Source: Candidatus Dojkabacteria bacterium
Lineage (GTDB): Bacteria; Patescibacteriota; Dojkabacteria; J137
Assembly (NCBI GenBank): GCA_937944235.1
Contig: CALDYZ010000039.1
Coordinates: forward strand, 1-58,889
DNA: 58,889 nucleotides
Reading direction: 5' to 3'
The notes below the pieces were generated by a model, which was not told where the DNA came from, made no database searches, and saw nothing but the letters and a program-made list of their open reading frames with translations. The position numbers were made by a program, and so were the translations under genes. Positions 48,212-56,986 of the stretch are shown here, piece by piece (within the stretch, counting starts at the first letter, position 1; every line of letters starts with the position of its first letter).

Positions 48212-49765
48212 CTAACTAAAAAATATACTATTTACTAAGTCATAATTATTAATATTTTGCAAAACACTATTAGTATAATAATTTTGAACACCTTTTTCAA
48301 GATTTGAATCATTAATTAACTTACTTTTGTTGTCTTTGACTTCCTCGTTCGTAGAATTTTCGAGAGTTTTTGTACTAGTTCCAACATTCTCTACATCAAT
48401 AATTATGTCATTAGTGCAATAAAAATCTTTCAGGATATTTTTATAAGATAGACTATTCAAAAAACTTGCATCCATATTGTTGAAAACTTTTATTACAACC
48501 TTGCCTTTAGAATCAGATGTGACCTCTGATCTACCGAGAATTAATCTTAGCGCCTTGGGTAAAGCAACCTCAGAATTTATAATATTTGGATTTTGTGTTG
48601 ATTTTTTATTATCTACAGAGTTGATAACTATATTTTGACTATTGTTAGTCGGAAGGAAATTATTATTTATGGCAACATTATAATTATTTGGATTATGTAC
48701 ATTTACACAGGTATTTTCTGCAGTTGTATTTTCTAATTTTAAGTATATTGAAATACCTAAAGATTTAGCATTTGAATAAGACAATTCCTTTTTGATAGAC
48801 AATAAAATACTTGACATTAAAATAAAGTTCCTATGATCTAATTTTGATGCACTCACTAATTCTATTAACTTATTTAAAGAATCGTCTATCAACTGTTTAA
48901 CAGAGTTAGAATTTTCAAATATTTTCACAAATGTACGTAAGTATTCACGTTTCTGAATATCATCTAAAGAATTTTGTAAGTTCAAAAAATCTGTTATTGA
49001 ATTTAAAAACTTCTCCACTTCTTTGTAAGAAGGTAAACCCAAGAACTCCAGTAGTTCATCAAGTGTTACAGAATTTAAAGATATTTTGTCTAAAGTAAAT
49101 ATTTTAGATAATAATGTTTCAGCATCTCTAAAACTTCCACCTGTAAATTCATATATACGATTATATACTTCATCTGGTAATGTAAACCCTTCTTGTAGAG
49201 TAATATGTTTCAACTTACCTATAATTACTTCAGGGGTTTGTAATTTGAGATCAAAACGGATCACCCTTGATAAAATAGTTTCAGGAATTTTGTGAGGCTC
49301 AGTAGTTGCTAACAGGAATATTACATTTTTCGGAGGTTCTTCCAAAATTTTTAGCAGTGCATTGAAAGCCTGAATCGTGAGCATGTGAACTTCATCTATT
49401 ATATAAATTTTTTTGGGCAGTAATACTGGTGTATAGCCAACTGCATCTCTTAAATTTCTCATATCATCAATACCTCTGTTCGAAGCAGCATCTATTTCTA
49501 TAATATCTACAGAAGCGTTGTTATTTATGGACAAACAATTATCACATTCATTGCACACATCATTAAGTTCTCTTAAGTTTTTGCATGAAATTGCTTTTGC
49601 AAACAACCTAGCCAAAGTCGTCTTACCTGTACCCCTACTACCAGTAAATAAATAACTACTATACACATTCAAATTCTTAATAGAATTCAACAAGGCTGAC
49701 TTGATCAAATCAGCACCCAGAAACTCTTTAAATGTCTTCGGCCTATACTTTCTATAAATTACCAT
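48212..49765 (-). CDS. dnaX: DNA polymerase III subunit gamma/tau
   Basis: YRKYRP, GSRGTGKTT, CNECDNC, EIDAASNRG, IDEVHML, FNALLK.LEEPP. Confidence 0.96.
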   Translation of the reverse strand: MVIYRKYRPKTFKEFLGADLIKSALLNSIKNLNVYSSYLFTGSRGTGKTTLARLFAKAISCKNLRELNDVCNECDNCLSINNNASVDIIEIDAASNRGIDDMRNLRDAVGYTPVLLPKKIYIIDEVHMLTIQAFNALLKILEEPPKNVIFLLATTEPHKIPETILSRVIRFDLKLQTPEVIIGKLKHITLQEGFTLPDEVYNRIYEFTGGSFRDAETLLSKIFTLDKISLNSVTLDELLEFLGLPSYKEVEKFLNSITDFLNLQNSLDDIQKREYLRTFVKIFENSNSVKQLIDDSLNKLIELVSASKLDHRNFILMSSILLSIKKELSYSNAKSLGISIYLKLENTTAENTCVNVHNPNNYNVAINNNFLPTNNSQNIVINSVDNKKSTQNPNIINSEVALPKALRLILGRSEVTSDSKGKVVIKVFNNMDASFLNSLSYKNILKDFYCTNDIIIDVENVGTSTKTLENSTNEEVKDNKSKLINDSNLEKGVQNYYTNSVLQNINNYDLVNSIFFS

Positions 49766-49970
49766 TCTTACTCCGTAATCTTCTTGCTAATCTTCTTCTT
49801 CTTTTTTTCATTTTTGCATAAACTTTCTTTTTTTGGTGCCTAATAACACTTTTTGGAACATAATACCTTCTTGCCTCTCTAACCTGCAAAACTCCCTCCC
49901 TATTAGCTTCTCTCCATAAAAGTCTTAATGCTAAATCTAGCGGCTTGTCTTGATGCACAACTACAGACAT
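49752..49970 (-). CDS. rpsU: 30S ribosomal protein S21
   Basis: VVV..PLDLALR..EGVLQ..RRYYVPKS; basic C-terminus. Confidence 0.85.
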   Translation of the reverse strand: MSVVVHQDKPLDLALRLLWREANREGVLQVREARRYYVPKSVIRHQKKKVYAKMKKRRRRLARRLRSKNGNL

Positions 49971-50013
49971 ATACTAACTTTAAAAATTTAGTAAACAAAT
50001 AAACTTCAAAGTG

Positions 50014-50022
50014 ATTATAACA
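50014..50022 (-). promoter_or_regulatory. Putative extended -10 promoter of rpsU-dnaX
   Basis: TGT-TATAAT on the minus strand about 43 nt before the rpsU ATG. Confidence 0.5.
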
Positions 50023-50040
50023 AAAAAATACATAGAAAAA

Positions 50041-51417
50041 CTAAAAGTTGACAAACAAACCTTCCAAAAACTTGCCCAAAAGAATAAAAATATCTAACCT
50101 AACCAAATCCTTTAATATAACCAAAAAACCTAATGCCATCAATAAAATAAAACTAAACAAATTTAAAAAATTTTTCAAATTTTTATTTATATTAATTTTA
50201 AACGTCTTACTAAAAATCCACCCCAACGATTCAATTAAGATTTGTCCTCCATCTAAAGCAGGTATGGGTAAAAGATTGAAAATAAATAAAGATATATTAA
50301 GCAGAGTAAACAATAAAAAAAGATTACTTAAATCACCGGATTTTACAATTAAATTGGTTTGATTAATTACACTTGGTAAGCTACCTAAATTTTCAGCTAA
50401 TGGCTCGACCGAGTTTAGAATTACAGATTTTCTAAATAAATCTAACAATACAGATAATTGATACCCTAAAAGGTCTTTAATCAAATTAAAAGTTGAATCT
50501 AATCCTTTCCCATACTCTAAAAAAATAACATCAGAAGATAAGTTAAGCCCATCTCCATTAACTTCAGTCAACATAACCGATAACACTCCGCCTTGCTGAT
50601 TTCTAAGAGGCAAATCAAAAGTTACGTCTAATTTATCAAAATTTCTTAATATGCTTAAACTTATTGCTTTACCTTGTAACTCATTAATTCTAGCATTAAA
50701 ATCTTTTAATGAAGAAATATCTTGTCCATTTAAACCGACAATGTAATCATCTTTTTTTATTGGAATATTTTTATTTGAAGGATTCGATAAAACTTTCAAA
50801 TAAGGATTTTGGAAAGAATTTGAATTTATCGAGTAATCTGTATAACTCATGTCATCTAAATTAAAAAATCTGTACAAATTTGTGGTGTATTCTTCATTAT
50901 TTTTTATTAATAAATATGTTCTGGATGAGAACAAAAAATTTAAATTTTCGTAATCTAACTTTGAGTAATTTCTGGGATCTAAGCTAACACCACTGACAAG
51001 ATTACCTTTAATTGATAAATTAGCAGAAAAAGGATAATCATAAAGATGAGGTAAAATTATACTATTCTTATTTAAAAGAAAAATCCAACCTAAAAACAAA
51101 GCTAGCATTAAATTTACTAACACTCCAGAAAACAATATGAATAATTTTTTAACAATATTTAATTTCACAAAGTCAGAATTAGGTGATTCTTGATCAATTT
51201 CAACATAACCCCCCAACGGAATAAGACTAAAGCTAAATTCTGTACCCCACCAATTTACTTTATATAATTTTTTACCAAAACCAACAGAAAAAATAGGTAC
51301 CTTAACACCAAATAATCTGGCAGATAGGTAATGACCTAATTCATGAAAAAATACTATAGTAGAAATACCAAGTAGAAATACAATAGTGGACGAAACAAAA
51401 AAAAGAAAATCCAACAT
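50041..51417 (-). CDS. rseP: Site-2 protease RseP (M50 family) with PDZ domain
   Basis: HELGH, FSVGFG, IPLGGYV, SGVLVN, NLLPIPALDGG. Confidence 0.93.
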   Translation of the reverse strand: MLDFLFFVSSTIVFLLGISTIVFFHELGHYLSARLFGVKVPIFSVGFGKKLYKVNWWGTEFSFSLIPLGGYVEIDQESPNSDFVKLNIVKKLFILFSGVLVNLMLALFLGWIFLLNKNSIILPHLYDYPFSANLSIKGNLVSGVSLDPRNYSKLDYENLNFLFSSRTYLLIKNNEEYTTNLYRFFNLDDMSYTDYSINSNSFQNPYLKVLSNPSNKNIPIKKDDYIVGLNGQDISSLKDFNARINELQGKAISLSILRNFDKLDVTFDLPLRNQQGGVLSVMLTEVNGDGLNLSSDVIFLEYGKGLDSTFNLIKDLLGYQLSVLLDLFRKSVILNSVEPLAENLGSLPSVINQTNLIVKSGDLSNLFLLFTLLNISLFIFNLLPIPALDGGQILIESLGWIFSKTFKININKNLKNFLNLFSFILLMALGFLVILKDLVRLDIFILLGKFLEGLFVNF

Positions 51418-51425
51418 TATACCTA

Positions 51426-51965
51426 TTACATCATAATTTTTTCTCTTTTGTTATTTGAAATATCATCTAAAATACTTATATACCTATCAACAATTGACTG
51501 TACCTTATCCAAATAAACAACTTTTTCGTCTTCTCTCACAATAGTCTCTTTTATCTTACTATTTATATCGTGTCTTTCTCTACGAATCCTTGCTTTATAT
51601 TTTTCTAGAGTATCCAAAAGATTTTTTACTTTCTTTTGTTTATCCTCCACACTTAAGTTAAAAAATTTTAATCTAATTAACCTTCCATCATCTGAAACAT
51701 TTGCTCCTATTTGAGAATCATTAATCAGAGAATTTAAAACGACATTCCTTATAGAATCATCAAACAGGTGTACTACGACTGTTTGAGGATTTTCAAAGTT
51801 GAAGGTTGCTAAGTCTTTTAATCTCATCTTAGTTCCATAAGCTGTTACTTGGATATTCGCTATATCATCAAACGATGGACTCCCCGTTCGTATCGTACTA
51901 GCGTAAACCTTAAAAGAATCTACATGAGACTGTAAAATTTGTTCAAATTTATCTAAATCCACCAT
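51426..51965 (-). CDS. frr: Ribosome recycling factor
   Basis: IRTG, V.AYG..LKDLAT, DDGRLIRL, RIRRER; follows tsf. Confidence 0.88.
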   Translation of the reverse strand: MVDLDKFEQILQSHVDSFKVYASTIRTGSPSFDDIANIQVTAYGTKMRLKDLATFNFENPQTVVVHLFDDSIRNVVLNSLINDSQIGANVSDDGRLIRLKFFNLSVEDKQKKVKNLLDTLEKYKARIRRERHDINSKIKETIVREDEKVVYLDKVQSIVDRYISILDDISNNKREKIMM

Positions 51966-51970
51966 AAAGG

Positions 51971-52561
51971 TTAGCTACCCTTTCTAACAGATATATGAAC
52001 ACCGTTTTTGATATCAAACTTGTAAATGTACTTAACCTCAACTTTTTCACCTAATCTCGCTACCAACTCACTGATCACATCTTTAACTGTCTTACTACTG
52101 TCAAAGAAAAATTTTTGATCCATTAAACAAACTTCTGAATACATTTTGTTTAAATCCAAATCCGTTACCGTGGAGATCTTATTCCCAAAGTATTCACCAA
52201 AAAAATCATCAGGTACATCTTCTCTGTCAATAAACAAAGTATTTGAAGCAACTACATGCAAAGCAATATCATCAGCTAAATTTTTAAATAAATCATTGTT
52301 AGCAGCAAAATCCGTTTCACAAGAAAGTAGAACTACACACAAAAGACCGTCATTGTGTTTATAAGTACCTAAAACTCCGTTTAGTGCCACTTTCGACTGT
52401 CTTTTAATAAACTTAGCCATACCCTTTTCTCTAAGATACAATAAGGCCTTTTCAAAGTTACCCTGCGATACTTCTAATGCTTCTTTACAAGAAGCTAATC
52501 CTGCACCAGAGGTTTCTCGAAGTTTCTTTACATCTTTTATATCTACAGTATACATAAACAA
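51971..52561 (-). CDS. tsf: Elongation factor Ts (short form)
   Basis: VKKLRETSGAG..CKEAL, LREKG, CETDFAA, LGEKV. Confidence 0.95.
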   Translation of the reverse strand: MFMYTVDIKDVKKLRETSGAGLASCKEALEVSQGNFEKALLYLREKGMAKFIKRQSKVALNGVLGTYKHNDGLLCVVLLSCETDFAANNDLFKNLADDIALHVVASNTLFIDREDVPDDFFGEYFGNKISTVTDLDLNKMYSEVCLMDQKFFFDSSKTVKDVISELVARLGEKVEVKYIYKFDIKNGVHISVRKGS

Positions 52562-52566
52562 TACAA

Positions 52567-53535
52567 CTAACTTTTTTTATTTAACTTTTCTGCTTGATAC
52601 CTACCCAAAATACCCTTTTTAGCTTCATCAGATTTGCTAGCTGTTGATTTTTTTGTAGACCTTACTCTTTTTTGTTTATTCTCAATATTTTGTTCAACAG
52701 ATACAACATTAACCTCAATCACCCTTCTTGTCTGACTTTCGCTATCTCCAGTACTTTCATAATTATTGTTAGAACTACTTATCTTTACATCAATCAGAGA
52801 GTAATCTTTTAGATCATGCACCACCCTTTCATTTACAGAATTCTGCATTAAAGATTGTTCTATTGCATTATATATAAACTTTATAGATTTTATAGCATCA
52901 TCATTCGCATAAATTGGATAGTCTATACCCGAAGGATTAGCGTTTGTGTCAACTACACCTACTATAGGAATACCTACTATCTTTGCTTCTTTAACAGCCA
53001 CCTTCTCATAGCCAACATCCAGCACTATTATTGCACTAGGCTTTTGAGCCATAGTTTTTACTCCTCTGTATAAAGTTGAGAGTCTGCTCCACTCCTTCTT
53101 CATTAACGAAACCTCATATTTTGTTCTATCCCAAACACCTTCTCGTAAAAATTTTTCTAAACTTAATAATCTATTTAAACTATTCTTAATAACCTCAAAA
53201 TTCGTAAGCAAGCCTCCAATCCATCTCCTATCAATGAAGTGGCAGCCTGCAGATACCGCTAAATTCTCCGTAAGTTTACGAGCCTGCTTCTTGGTACCAA
53301 CAATTAATACTGGAGAACTAGATTGATTTGTAGATAAGAATTTCACAGCATTACCCAAACTCTCGATAGTCTTGTCAACATCTATGATATGTATATTGTT
53401 TTTCGTGTATTTTATCACACTGCTCATCTTAGGATTCCATCTCTGTACCTGATGACCAAAATGTACACCAGCGGAAATAAAGTCTTGCTTATCTGGTATA
53501 AGCTCAGTCTTAAAAAAAGTGTTAACATCGCTCAT
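52567..53535 (-). CDS. rpsB: 30S ribosomal protein S2 with C-terminal extension
   Basis: AGVHFGH..WNPKM, VGTKKQA, RWIGGLLTNF, VDTN, ANDDAIKSI. Confidence 0.97.
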   Translation of the reverse strand: MSDVNTFFKTELIPDKQDFISAGVHFGHQVQRWNPKMSSVIKYTKNNIHIIDVDKTIESLGNAVKFLSTNQSSSPVLIVGTKKQARKLTENLAVSAGCHFIDRRWIGGLLTNFEVIKNSLNRLLSLEKFLREGVWDRTKYEVSLMKKEWSRLSTLYRGVKTMAQKPSAIIVLDVGYEKVAVKEAKIVGIPIVGVVDTNANPSGIDYPIYANDDAIKSIKFIYNAIEQSLMQNSVNERVVHDLKDYSLIDVKISSSNNNYESTGDSESQTRRVIEVNVVSVEQNIENKQKRVRSTKKSTASKSDEAKKGILGRYQAEKLNKKS

Positions 53536-53619
53536 TTTTTGAGTGAACTAAACAATAAGAACAAACAAACAGAAACTTTTTTTTGACAAGAGCAAAACTG
53601 TTTGTAATAGACAATTATG

Positions 53620-53628
53620 ATTATAACA
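53620..53628 (-). promoter_or_regulatory. Putative extended -10 promoter of rpsB-tsf-frr, overlapping the topA stop codon
   Basis: TGT-TATAAT on the minus strand. Confidence 0.45.
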
Positions 53629-55903
53629 CAACTCCACTGCTAATCTTATAAATTTTTTTAACCTTTGGATAGTCAGGATGTGCCCAAAAATAACCATATC
53701 TACCTTTTTTTAATATATATCTCCGCCCTTCATCAGTTAAAGGCGGTTCACCTAATTTGTCAGCCAAATATTCGTCCAAAAATTCTAATTGTCGAATATC
53801 TTTCACTCTAGGATAATCAGGATGTGCCCAAAAATAACCATACCTACCTTTTTTTAAAACATACACAACTCCCTCTTCTGTTTTAGGAGGATCTTTGTAT
53901 TTCGTCAAATCTATGTCAATTATCTGAATATTTTTATCTGATAGATAGTTATCCTGATATTGCTTGATACCTTTACAATCTGGATAATTGGAGCAACTAA
54001 AAAACTTACCAAAACGACCCAGCTTGATTAACATTGAAGATCCACAAAGATCACATTTAACACTTTCTGGCGCACGACCTAGTTGAGTAAACTCTGCCCT
54101 TGATATAGATTTATCAGCTTTAAGATAATCCTGGTTAAATTTAGAATAAAAATCTTTTAAAAAATCTAACCAATTTAATTTAGCCGATTCTATCATGTCC
54201 AAACCATCTTCCATTTTTGCGGTAAACTCTAGATCAACTATATATGTAAAATATTTTTTCAACAAACTGATGACCGTTCTTCCTATATCTGTTGGTTTAA
54301 AATACTTGCCATTTTTTTCAACATAAGTCCTTTGTTGAATAATACTAATTATAGAAGCATAAGTTGATGGCCTACCTATACCCTCTTTTTCCAGTTTTTT
54401 AATTAATGAAGCCTCATTATATCTAGGTGGTGGATTTGTAAAATGTTGACAAAGCATAACATCAGTCATTAAGACTCCGTCATTTATTTTAAAATTGGAT
54501 GAATTTAAACAATCGTTCGACAAAGATTTTTCAGAATTAAAAATTACCTGGTATCCATCAAATATCACCTTACTCTGATTATTCCTGAATAAAATATCTC
54601 CCTCTAGAGATTCTACATCTGTAGTATAAATCTGAATTACTTGCTCCGACATCTGAGAGGCGATGGCATAATTTCTTATTAAATTGTATACCAACAGTTC
54701 TTGACCCACTAGTTTTAAATCTTCACCATTTTTAAAAATACTAACAGGCCTTATACATTCATGAGCTTCCTGAGCAAATTTATTACTAGCGCCCTTGCTC
54801 TTGAATTTACTTAAAGAGTCGTAATTACCCAAATAGTTTTCCCCAAAATTTTGTACTACGTATTTTCTAACCTCTTGAACGACTTTCTCTGCCATATGCA
54901 CAGAATCTGTTCTCATATAGGTTATTAGACCTTTTTCATAAAGACTTTGAGCTATACTCATTGCCTTTTTTGCATTTATGCCTAACTTATTTATAGCTGC
55001 CTGCTGAAAAGTAGAAGTTCTAAGAGGAAATGGAGGTCTTCGCTTTTGAATAGAAACACTTATATTTTTTACTACATATCTTCTATTTTTTATTACTTCA
55101 AATAATCTAGTCGCATTTTCTTGATTATTTATGTTTAATAGGTTACCTTCATATGCTTTCAAGTCAAAAACATCCCCATTAGATAAAAATGAATTATCTT
55201 CTTTTACAGTCGCTTCATTCATAACCTGAAGGGTATCTGCAAATTTTTCAGCTATTTTTATTATTAAGTTTATATTTTTTTTTGATTCATCACTTTTACT
55301 AAATTTAGCCTGTATAGTCCAAGTCTCAGAAGGTTTAAAACTTTCTCGTTCTTCCTCTCGATCTACTAATATTCGTAAAGCCACAGACTGAACTCTTCCT
55401 GCTGATAAACCAAATGCTACTTTCTTCCATAATAAAGGTGATAAAGTGTAACCTACTAACCTATCTAATATTCTCCTAGCATACTGAGAATGAACCGTAT
55501 TCATATCAATGCTTCTTGGATTTTGTATGGCGTGTAAAATTGCATCTTTTGTTACTTCAGTAAAAACAATTCTTTTGATGTTTTTATTTTTTAAGGGCTT
55601 TGCAGAATCATCTATTAAACCAGATTCTTTTAAAACATTATAAGCTATAGCTTCTCCTTCTCTGTCTTTATCTGTTGCTAGAAAAATCTCATCTGCTTTT
55701 TTAGATAATTTGTATATATTATTTATAATATTTTTATTTTTGATTTCCCACTCTACAGAAAAATTTCTAGTTATATCGACACCCATTTTTGACTTGGGCA
55801 AATCTACTACATGACCTTTTGTAGCTATAACTTCAAAATCGTCTCCTAAATATTTTCTTATCGTTTTGGCTTTGGAAGGTGATTCGACTATAAACAATTT
55901 CAT
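53621..55903 (-). CDS. topA: DNA topoisomerase I
   Basis: IVESPSKAKTI, ATDKDREGEAI, SAGRVQS, ITYMRTDS, QEAHECIRP, GIGRPSTY. Confidence 0.97.
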   Translation of the reverse strand: MKLFIVESPSKAKTIRKYLGDDFEVIATKGHVVDLPKSKMGVDITRNFSVEWEIKNKNIINNIYKLSKKADEIFLATDKDREGEAIAYNVLKESGLIDDSAKPLKNKNIKRIVFTEVTKDAILHAIQNPRSIDMNTVHSQYARRILDRLVGYTLSPLLWKKVAFGLSAGRVQSVALRILVDREEERESFKPSETWTIQAKFSKSDESKKNINLIIKIAEKFADTLQVMNEATVKEDNSFLSNGDVFDLKAYEGNLLNINNQENATRLFEVIKNRRYVVKNISVSIQKRRPPFPLRTSTFQQAAINKLGINAKKAMSIAQSLYEKGLITYMRTDSVHMAEKVVQEVRKYVVQNFGENYLGNYDSLSKFKSKGASNKFAQEAHECIRPVSIFKNGEDLKLVGQELLVYNLIRNYAIASQMSEQVIQIYTTDVESLEGDILFRNNQSKVIFDGYQVIFNSEKSLSNDCLNSSNFKINDGVLMTDVMLCQHFTNPPPRYNEASLIKKLEKEGIGRPSTYASIISIIQQRTYVEKNGKYFKPTDIGRTVISLLKKYFTYIVDLEFTAKMEDGLDMIESAKLNWLDFLKDFYSKFNQDYLKADKSISRAEFTQLGRAPESVKCDLCGSSMLIKLGRFGKFFSCSNYPDCKGIKQYQDNYLSDKNIQIIDIDLTKYKDPPKTEEGVVYVLKKGRYGYFWAHPDYPRVKDIRQLEFLDEYLADKLGEPPLTDEGRRYILKKGRYGYFWAHPDYPKVKKIYKISSGVVL
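53667..53863. repeat. Imperfect direct repeat (about 50 bp core, 144 bp period) within the topA C-terminus
   Basis: ggata(g/a)tcaggatgtgcccaaaaataaccata(t/c)ctacctttttttaa at 53667 and 53811; encodes LKKGRYGYFWAHPDYP twice. Confidence 0.9.
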
Positions 55904-55909
55904 AACAAG

Positions 55910-56986
55910 CTAAACTAAGAAATATAAACCAGAATTTTTAAATACTACATTTTTACACTCTAACATTAGTAATATCATCATAATTTTATCTAATTCAAAG
56001 TTTGTCTTACTCACGATAGTATCTATATCGGTTCCATTTTTATCAATTAAGGACAGTACCAAAATTTCATCCTTGGTGAGGGTAAGTTTAATATCATCAA
56101 TGTTATACTTCTTTTTGATTAAGCCTAAGTCTTCTATCAACTGATAAGGATCTTCAACTAATCTTGCTTTATCTTGTCTGATTAATAAATTACCGCCGGA
56201 TTTTGTATTAGGTTCTGAAGGTAAAGCAAAAACATTCCTATTATAATCAAATGCCAAGTTACAAGTGATCAATGCCCCACTTTCAGTTGTACCCTCTACG
56301 AATAACACATTTTTTGCTAAACCGGCTATTATTCTATTTCTTTTTGCAAAAGAGTATGGACCTATTATATCTAAACTTGTATTTTCTGATAATATCAAAC
56401 CATTTTTACTTAAAATTTTCTCATAAACAAACTCATTTGCGGCAGGAGTACATATATCAACTGATGAAGCTAGTACTGCAATTGTGTACATATTATTTTC
56501 CAATGCAGACAAATGAGCTTGTCTATCTATACCAAAAGCCAAACCACTAATCACGGATATATCATAATTTGATAATACCAATACAAATTCTTTTACTCTA
56601 TTTAGAGAAACAGTATTGGGTTTCCTTGTGCCTATTATAGCAATAGAATTACTTATCTTTAAACTATCAATATTTCCTTTGTAAAATAAAATTGGAGGAG
56701 GATCATCAATATGAGCAAGTATATTGGGATAATCAAACCTACCGTACAAAAGAATTCCAACATCATTTTCGATATATTTATTTATACAATTCAATACATC
56801 TTTTTCATTAACATTACTTTTGTAAGTAGGATTTATAGTTGAGCTAAATAAATATGACTTATCAGATGAAATCTTATCCACTAAAACTTTTCTGATGATT
56901 TTTGTGCCTACTCCTCTAGAAAACTTCAAAAGTAATAAATTCTTTAAGTTTTCTACATCTTGATAAGATAAATTTTTTATCAGCAT
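55910..56986 (-). CDS. dprA: DNA-processing protein DprA
   Basis: DPPPILFYKG, AIIGTR, ISGLAFGID..AH, FAKRNRIIAGL, SGALIT. Confidence 0.95.
   Translation of the reverse strand: MLIKNLSYQDVENLKNLLLLKFSRGVGTKIIRKVLVDKISSDKSYLFSSTINPTYKSNVNEKDVLNCINKYIENDVGILLYGRFDYPNILAHIDDPPPILFYKGNIDSLKISNSIAIIGTRKPNTVSLNRVKEFVLVLSNYDISVISGLAFGIDRQAHLSALENNMYTIAVLASSVDICTPAANEFVYEKILSKNGLILSENTSLDIIGPYSFAKRNRIIAGLAKNVLFVEGTTESGALITCNLAFDYNRNVFALPSEPNTKSGGNLLIRQDKARLVEDPYQLIEDLGLIKKKYNIDDIKLTLTKDEILVLSLIDKNGTDIDTIVSKTNFELDKIMMILLMLECKNVVFKNSGLYFLV

Noticed and set aside
48212..49765. Programmed frameshift in dnaX (gamma subunit)
   Set aside because: I did not find a clear A_AAA_AAG slippery site with a stimulatory hairpin by eye.
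53667..53863. Direct repeat as a CRISPR array or DGR template/variable repeat
   Set aside because: Only two copies, in frame inside topA, with differences mostly synonymous or conservative; no cas or reverse transcriptase gene in the window.
691..56550. Many short ORFs in the track (60-118 aa) nested in or antisense to long genes, e.g. 691-912, 6887-7198, 16215-16562, 38267-38617, 42556-42912, 50048-50362
   Set aside because: They are shadow frames of well-supported genes and have no recognisable motifs.
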